DNA of 23,064 nucleotides from Cereibacter sphaeroides 2.4.1 (lineage in GTDB: Bacteria > Pseudomonadota > Alphaproteobacteria > Rhodobacterales > Rhodobacteraceae). The stretch spans positions 90,982-114,045 of the forward strand of contig NC_009007.1 of assembly GCF_000012905.2 (NCBI RefSeq), written 5' to 3'. The position numbers were made by a program, and so were the translations under genes. The notes under the pieces are model-generated. The model did no database searches and was not told the origin of the DNA. It was given only the letters and a program-made list of their open reading frames with translations. This document shows, in pieces, positions 18,630 to 23,064 of this stretch; positions within the stretch are counted from its first letter, which is position 1; every line of letters starts with the position of its first letter.

Positions 18630-19622
18630 TCAGCCCCGGCGGGCGCGATAGATCCAGCGGCTGCACCGGATCCAGAACGAGGTGTTGAGCCCATCGCGAT
18701 AGACACGATTCTCCTCGGGATCGCTTTCCGAGATGCGGAACTCCGGCTGCACCGCCTTCCGGCGTTCCGACAGACGGCCGTTACGCTCCTTCGCATATGC
18801 GAAGAGCTGCTGGAACTCCGGGTATGTCCACAGGCAGGACTTGGCCTCTTCGCCATATTCGATGCGAAAGGCACCTGTCGCACAGTCGATCACCCAAGGG
18901 GCCGCTTGGTCCGGTTCCGTGATGACACAGGCCGCAAAGGTCGGCAGCGCCAGCGGCGAAACGTTTGACAGCCCGTCATGGACAACCTGAAGCGAAGAGG
19001 CTGAGAGACCGCAGCCAAGCGTGTCCAGCATGGCACCCACGACCCCGTCCCGATGTCGGCGGCAGGCATCAAAATCGAGGAAAGTGATCTCTTCGGGCGC
19101 GAAGGCAGAAAGCAGATGATCGTAGAGCAGGTTGTAGTCGATCCACAGCCCATCCGTCATGTCGCGTTTGAGAACGGAATCGACCATGGTGGAGGGCTTG
19201 GGCGGTTGCCGCTCCTTGGAAGCCTGCAGATAGATCGACTGCATGAATTGCCATTGCTCACGCAACACGCAAACCACGGACACGCTTTCGAAATCCGAGA
19301 GCAGTTCGCGCACGGCCCGGAAGTCCACCTGAGCACCGGGCTTGCCGCGTGAGAACTCTTCGGAACTGAGAACCAGCGTGCCCGGAACATGAGCGTAGTC
19401 ACGCGTGAGCTGTTTCAGCGTCGCGATACTGCCCTGAGGCAGGGCATACATGTCGGGCAGCTTGTTCCATTCCATCACGAGCCCATGGTGGCCCGCGACG
19501 CGGCTGAGGCGCGGATAGATCACCCCATGCTGCCGCAGAAGGTCCGCATTATGCGCGAACATGTCCTGGATCGTGGTGGTTGCCGTCTTGTGCGTTCCGA
19601 TGTGCAGAACGACTCTTGCCAT
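18630..19622 (-). CDS. Sulfotransferase-like protein (paralog of 10793-11845)
   Basis: 330 aa, ATG at 19620-19622 immediately after the upstream gene's stop (TGAATG). It has MARVVLHIGTHKTATTTIQ and CVLREQWQFMQSIYLQ motifs. It is collinear with the 10793 gene (..DYA..GT..LS.E.FSR.., LSDFE.V, G.WID), at roughly one third identity by eye. G+C is visibly lower. Confidence 0.65.
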   Translation of the reverse strand: MARVVLHIGTHKTATTTIQDMFAHNADLLRQHGVIYPRLSRVAGHHGLVMEWNKLPDMYALPQGSIATLKQLTRDYAHVPGTLVLSSEEFSRGKPGAQVDFRAVRELLSDFESVSVVCVLREQWQFMQSIYLQASKERQPPKPSTMVDSVLKRDMTDGLWIDYNLLYDHLLSAFAPEEITFLDFDACRRHRDGVVGAMLDTLGCGLSASSLQVVHDGLSNVSPLALPTFAACVITEPDQAAPWVIDCATGAFRIEYGEEAKSCLWTYPEFQQLFAYAKERNGRLSERRKAVQPEFRISESDPEENRVYRDGLNTSFWIRCSRWIYRARRG

Positions 19623-21878
19623 TCAGTGTGACCTCATGCCGTGCGCGGGCGGCTCCGCAAGATGGGTGGCGGGCTCCGCCGCTCCCAGATGCTGCCGCAT
19701 CACCTGGAGATTGAGATCGCCGAAGGTCAGGCTCGGCTCGAGGACGGCCTTCTCGGCCCATTCGTTCCAGGCATTGACGAAAAGCTCGCGGCGATAGGAG
19801 GCGGGCACGCGGCGCTCGAGCGCGCCCGCGAGCCAGACGTTGAAGGTGGCGGGATTGGCGCCGTAGGCCACATGGCCCGCCGCCCCGCGCCGGGCCGTAT
19901 TGTCCCAGCCCGGCATGACGCCTGCGATCGTGGCCTTGGGCAGGGTGCGGACATAGGTCTCCGACAGGGCCCGGCGCGCGACGGCGGCGTAATCGTAGAT
20001 CAGCCCCGAGAAGGCGGGGTTCATCGCGGCGGGCATCCGGTTGCCGTCGGGACCGCCGAAGAGATAGTCCGGCCCCTTCACCAGCCCGTGCGGCGGCATC
20101 TCGACCCAGAAGTCGAAGAGCCCCTCGGGCACCGGATGGGCGCCCTCGACATGGAACCGCACCGCGCCGAGCTCGACCTCGCCGATCCCCGCCCGCCGCC
20201 AGCCCTCGCGCAGCCGCGCCACGCTGGCCTGCGGATCGGGCATGTCCTCGGGACGGTAGATTACGAAGCGCGGACGGCGGCCGTCGGGGCGGGCGTAGCG
20301 CGGATCGCGCAGATAGGGGGCGGTGTCGGCGGCGAGCTTCTCCTCGAAGCCCGCGCCATAGGTCTGTTCGAGGAGCACGGTGCCCGACAGCCCGTCCCAG
20401 TTGCGCCGCCAGCTCTCGTTGGCCCAGCAGAGATAGAAGGGGAAGTCGATCTCGGGCCGCGCCATCAGCCGGTCGATCGGCGCCTCGAGGATGCGGCGGC
20501 CGTCGAACCAGTAGTGATAGACGCAGAAGGCGTCGATCCCGGCCTCGCGGGCCATCGCCGCCTGCTCGCCCATCACCTCGGTGGCGCGCAGGTCGTAAAA
20601 GCCCAGATCGGCGGGCAGCATCGGCTGGAGATGGCCCTCGAACATCGAGGGCGCCTTCACCACCGAGCGCCATTCGGTGAAGCCCTTGCCCCACCAGGCG
20701 TCGTTCTCGGGCACGGGGTGGAACTGGGGCAGGTAGAAGGCGCTGACGAAGGCGGGCTTCGCGGGCGCCGCCGCCGCGGCCGGGCGGAGCTCGCTCGTCT
20801 GCAGGACCTTCTGGCCCGCCCGCGCGGTCAGATAGCCCAGCACCCGCTCGATCGCATGGGCGAGGGTGCCGTCGACCTGACCCTCCTCGAGATCGAAATC
20901 CTCGAGCCGGAGCTGCAGGCTGCGCAGAAGCCCCAGCACCAGCGGCTTCACCCAGTAGATCGAGCCCGCCGGGAAGGAGAGCGCCTCGCGGTCGAGCGGG
21001 ATCTCGATGCGCTGAAGCAGATGGCGCGTGGCCTCGACGTTCGAGCCCCACCATTGGGTGCCGGTGTAATGCTGGCCGTCGGCCACCCAGAAGCCCGCCT
21101 CGGGCGCCTCGACGAAGGCCTCGAGCTTCTCCTCGAGCCCGGTCTCGGGCAGGATCCCCTCGATCAGATGCTTCCGCCAGAGATCGCCGTCCTGCCGGTG
21201 GGGCGATTTCTTCGTGTGGAACTTGCAGACCGCCCGGTAGCCGTCGAAGGCGCCCGCATTGAGCAGGGTGACGAAGGGCAGGATGTCGCGACCGCGGTTC
21301 GGCATCGGGGTCACGAAGGCGCCGGGGAAGTCGGCGCGGATCTCCTCGGCCAGCGCGTCGGTCTCCTCGCCGCGATAGGTCAGCGTGACATAGAGGTCGA
21401 ACGGGATGCGGAGCCGCCGCAGACGGGCGGCGAACTCGGGCCAGAGATCGGGATAATAGACATGCACCGCCACCGCATAGGGCGCGGTCTGGCGCCCGTG
21501 CTCGAAACGGACCTGCGGCATGCCGCGGGCGGGCAGCGCCACGACCTCGGGCAGCTCCTTGGTCAGGCGCTGCTCGGCATGGCCCACGCGGACATAATGC
21601 AGGAAGGGCGGCACGCCGGCCTCCGCCACGTCGGGGTGATAGCGCAGATAGGCCTGGGGCGAGAAGTCCGGGTTCGGCCGGTAGCCCAGCCGCTCGCCAT
21701 AGGCGATGTAGTGTTTCTCGGGATATTTCAGGTAGATCGGGTTCAACCCGGGGTAGGCCCCCCGATAATAGGTCCGGTCGAAAAGCCCGCTTTTCCGGAT
21801 GGCGCGGAGATAGCGCCGCTCCTCGCCCGTCAGGACCAGAATCCGGGCAAACCGGCGCAGACGGTGAAATTTCAGCAT
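19623..21878 (-). CDS. Two-domain glycosyltransferase: N-terminal RgpF (rhamnan synthesis F)-like plus C-terminal WbsX/GH99-like
   Basis: 751 aa from the ATG at 21876-21878, with GGAG 6 nt upstream; a TTG at 21890 would add 4 aa. The N-terminal half has AVHVYYPDLWPEFAARLRRLRIPFDLYVTLTY, MPNRGRDILPF and KFHTKKS (RgpF-like). The C-terminal half has FYLPQFHPVPENDAWWGKGFTEWRSV, LPADLGFYDL, FCVYHYWFDGRRILE and YLCWANESWRRNWDG (WbsX-like). Confidence 0.85.
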   Translation of the reverse strand: MLKFHRLRRFARILVLTGEERRYLRAIRKSGLFDRTYYRGAYPGLNPIYLKYPEKHYIAYGERLGYRPNPDFSPQAYLRYHPDVAEAGVPPFLHYVRVGHAEQRLTKELPEVVALPARGMPQVRFEHGRQTAPYAVAVHVYYPDLWPEFAARLRRLRIPFDLYVTLTYRGEETDALAEEIRADFPGAFVTPMPNRGRDILPFVTLLNAGAFDGYRAVCKFHTKKSPHRQDGDLWRKHLIEGILPETGLEEKLEAFVEAPEAGFWVADGQHYTGTQWWGSNVEATRHLLQRIEIPLDREALSFPAGSIYWVKPLVLGLLRSLQLRLEDFDLEEGQVDGTLAHAIERVLGYLTARAGQKVLQTSELRPAAAAAPAKPAFVSAFYLPQFHPVPENDAWWGKGFTEWRSVVKAPSMFEGHLQPMLPADLGFYDLRATEVMGEQAAMAREAGIDAFCVYHYWFDGRRILEAPIDRLMARPEIDFPFYLCWANESWRRNWDGLSGTVLLEQTYGAGFEEKLAADTAPYLRDPRYARPDGRRPRFVIYRPEDMPDPQASVARLREGWRRAGIGEVELGAVRFHVEGAHPVPEGLFDFWVEMPPHGLVKGPDYLFGGPDGNRMPAAMNPAFSGLIYDYAAVARRALSETYVRTLPKATIAGVMPGWDNTARRGAAGHVAYGANPATFNVWLAGALERRVPASYRRELFVNAWNEWAEKAVLEPSLTFGDLNLQVMRQHLGAAEPATHLAEPPAHGMRSH

Positions 21879-21941
21879 GTCCGTCTCCAAATGAATGGCC
21901 GATACCTAACAACTACCTGAGGTAGACGCAAAGGGACGCGG

Positions 21942-22742
21942 TCAGGCACCTTCATTCAGAAGCATCCGGTGATGACGGTTCAGCAACAGCATGCCGAAGA
22001 AGAGACAGACAAGGCTTACGGAATAGGCATAGAGCGGGTCGACCAGCCGGGCGTCGTAGGTCGCGAAGAAGCCCTGACGCATCTTCGCGATCACATGGGT
22101 GAGCGGATTGTAGGACAGAAGCGTGCGGAAGGGCTCGGGCACGGTCTCCATCAGGAAGAAGATCCCCGACAGCAGGAACATCGGCCGGTTGAGGATGGCC
22201 CAGACCCGTTCCCAGACCGGCGCCACGCTGAAGAGATAGCAGTTGAGCGTGCCCACGCCCATCGCCAGCGCCGCCGCCATGCTGAAGGCCTCGAGGATCG
22301 CGGGCAGATCGAGGCTCACGTTCAGATCGTAGAAGGCGATGATGCCCACCATCACGATCACGAAGACCACGAGGTTCGTCAGCGTGTTGAGCAGGAACCG
22401 GCTCAGGATCGCATCGAAGAAGCTCACCGCCGGATAGGCGAGAAGCGGGCGCGAGAAGCGGATCGCCTGGCCGATCTTCGCGGTGAGCGCGGTGTAATAC
22501 ATGAAGGGCAGATAGCCCGTGGCATAGAAGAGCGGGAAGTTGTTGCCCAAGGGCGGCGAGCGCATCAGGAAGGAGAAGACCACCGTCAGCAGCGTCAGCG
22601 CCGCCACCGGCTCGGCCACCGCCCAGAGATAGCCGCCCGGAGAGCGGCCGTAGCTCGTGGCCATCTCGCGCAGCATGAGCGAGAGGACCGACCGGCCCCA
22701 GAGGAAGCGCCGCCCTGCAAGAAGACCCGAGAGCCCCGTCAT
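21942..22742 (-). CDS. ABC-2 type polysaccharide export permease (KpsM/Wzm family)
   Basis: 266 aa from the ATG at 22740-22742. An alternative ATG at 22815-22817 adds a 25-aa Gly/Ala-rich extension. It has six hydrophobic segments and sequence typical of capsule/O-antigen ABC-2 permeases (..LMLREMATSYGRSPGGYLWAVAEP.., ..SYNPLTHVI..). Confidence 0.85.
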   Translation of the reverse strand: MTGLSGLLAGRRFLWGRSVLSLMLREMATSYGRSPGGYLWAVAEPVAALTLLTVVFSFLMRSPPLGNNFPLFYATGYLPFMYYTALTAKIGQAIRFSRPLLAYPAVSFFDAILSRFLLNTLTNLVVFVIVMVGIIAFYDLNVSLDLPAILEAFSMAAALAMGVGTLNCYLFSVAPVWERVWAILNRPMFLLSGIFFLMETVPEPFRTLLSYNPLTHVIAKMRQGFFATYDARLVDPLYAYSVSLVCLFFGMLLLNRHHRMLLNEGA

Positions 22743-23064
22743 TCCGCCTGCCCCAGTCGCCTGTCCCCGTCCGTCTCCGGCCCCGCCACCGGAGGGGGCG
22801 GCGGCCGGAGCGGCCATAACATCACTTGCAACCAGCGGTGTAAAGCTGGCATACCTTGGGCGATCAGCCCCGAGCCCGCGGACCCGCCATAGTGAACGCT
22901 TCCAAGCCGTCGGCCCCGCAAGCGCCTCTTGCCGACCCGCGATCTTCCCCGAATTCCGAGCCCGCGGAGCCTCCGCGCGGGGCCGGATCCGCGGCCCCCG
23001 GCCCGGTCGCCCGCCCCCGTCTGGGCGGCGCGGGCCCGGCCGGCGCCCGCGTCCGCGATCCCGC

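Noticed and set aside
19549-22892. 787-aa alternative-frame ORF, 759-aa antisense ORF over the glycosyltransferase gene, and 307-aa antisense ORF over the permease gene
   Set aside because: They have Arg/Gly/Pro-rich or His/Glu/Arg-rich non-protein-like composition. The chosen frames have strong RgpF/WbsX and ABC-2 permease signatures.
22892-23064. Possible divergent plus-strand ORF starting at the GTG at 22892 and running off the window (VNASKPSAPQAPLADPRSSPNSEPAEPP...)
   Set aside because: Only about 57 low-complexity codons are visible, with no motif or RBS I can defend. It could be the start of a KpsE/KpsD-like gene, but that cannot be supported from this fragment.

Overview
High-G+C accessory region, probably alphaproteobacterial and Rhodobacterales-like (inference from composition and gene content only). 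All coordinates and motifs were read by hand; no search or computation was run. From left to right: (1) the 3' end of an ISNCY-type transposase gene (1-509). (2) A complete nine-gene N-type rotary ATPase operon, atpD-C-Q-R-B-E-F-A-G, on the minus strand (774-7193), with almost every junction translationally coupled. (3) About 1.9 kb (7194 to about 9100) with no credible coding frame but many strong hairpins. It includes an A+T-rich palindrome island (8021-8155) whose core is a perfect 21-bp hairpin built from four helically phased TGGCCA hexamers. (4) A surface-polysaccharide locus (9669-22742). It contains a UDP-glucuronate 4-epimerase-like gene, four predicted sulfotransferases of three types, a fused RgpF/WbsX glycosyltransferase and a KpsM-like ABC-2 permease. 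One sulfotransferase is fused to a tandem-repeat coiled coil. Embedded in this locus is a minus-strand triad: an orphan secreted protein, an RTX Ca-binding repeat protein and a DUF2793 phage-tail-fibre-like protein. The best candidate for something new is the multi-sulfotransferase glycan locus, specifically its possible coiled-coil ruler/terminator enzyme and the tail-fibre-like module inside it. The phased-palindrome island in the ORF-poor region comes second. No rRNA, tRNA or CRISPR array was seen.
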